Sequence record: OR413585.1
DNA: 64,000 bases
Reading direction: 5' to 3' (one strand)
In this document: one piece after another, positions 63,944 through 64,000 of the stretch
Position numbering within the stretch: the stretch's first letter is position 1
How the letters are laid out: every line of letters begins with the position of its first letter
Notes under the pieces: model-generated
Told to the model about the DNA's origin: nothing
Database searches by the model: none
What the model saw: the letters and a program-made list of their open reading frames with translations, nothing else
Position numbers and translations under genes: made by a program

Positions 63944-64000
63944 GGAACGTCTCCATATATTCGTCTTAAAGACCTGATGGTCATACTAAGGATCATACTC

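Noticed and set aside
1-64000. tRNA, rRNA, CRISPR array, IS element or integrase
   Set aside because: Intergenic gaps are short and explained by promoters or terminators; no cloverleaf, regular repeat-spacer pattern or transposase motif found by eye

Overview
This is a 64-kb slice of a lytic jumbo myophage genome of the phiKZ-like group (nucleus-forming Chimalliviridae). Gene order and sizes match my recollection of Salmonella phage SPN3US (Seoulvirus) and related Erwinia phages; no search was run. Core genes: SbcC-like ATPase, DEDDh exonuclease, RNase H, UvsX/RecA, ThyA, three recognisable subunits of the split virion RNA polymerase (beta-C, beta'-N carrying the DYDGD catalytic motif, and the large beta part) plus a probable fifth subunit, a 2373-aa tape measure protein with a lytic transglycosylase domain, prohead protease, tail tube and tail sheath. 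Accessory blocks, several preceded by a repeated promoter-like motif, hold secreted Cys-paired paralogs, a chain of tiny membrane ORFs, a GNAT protein, a DarG-like macrodomain, a NADAR-like protein, MazG-, HAD- and HD-family nucleotide enzymes and a candidate spanin pair. The most unusual signals are two small ORFs that look like isolated fragments of essential host proteins (the EF-Tu N-terminus at 8031-8249 and the NrdA redox C-terminal tail at 35457-35645), and a recurring leader architecture (promoter motif, hairpin(s), AATCGACTAT box, SD). No tRNA, rRNA, CRISPR array, intron, intein or transposase was seen. Several starts were moved relative to the ORF track on the basis of SD sequences.
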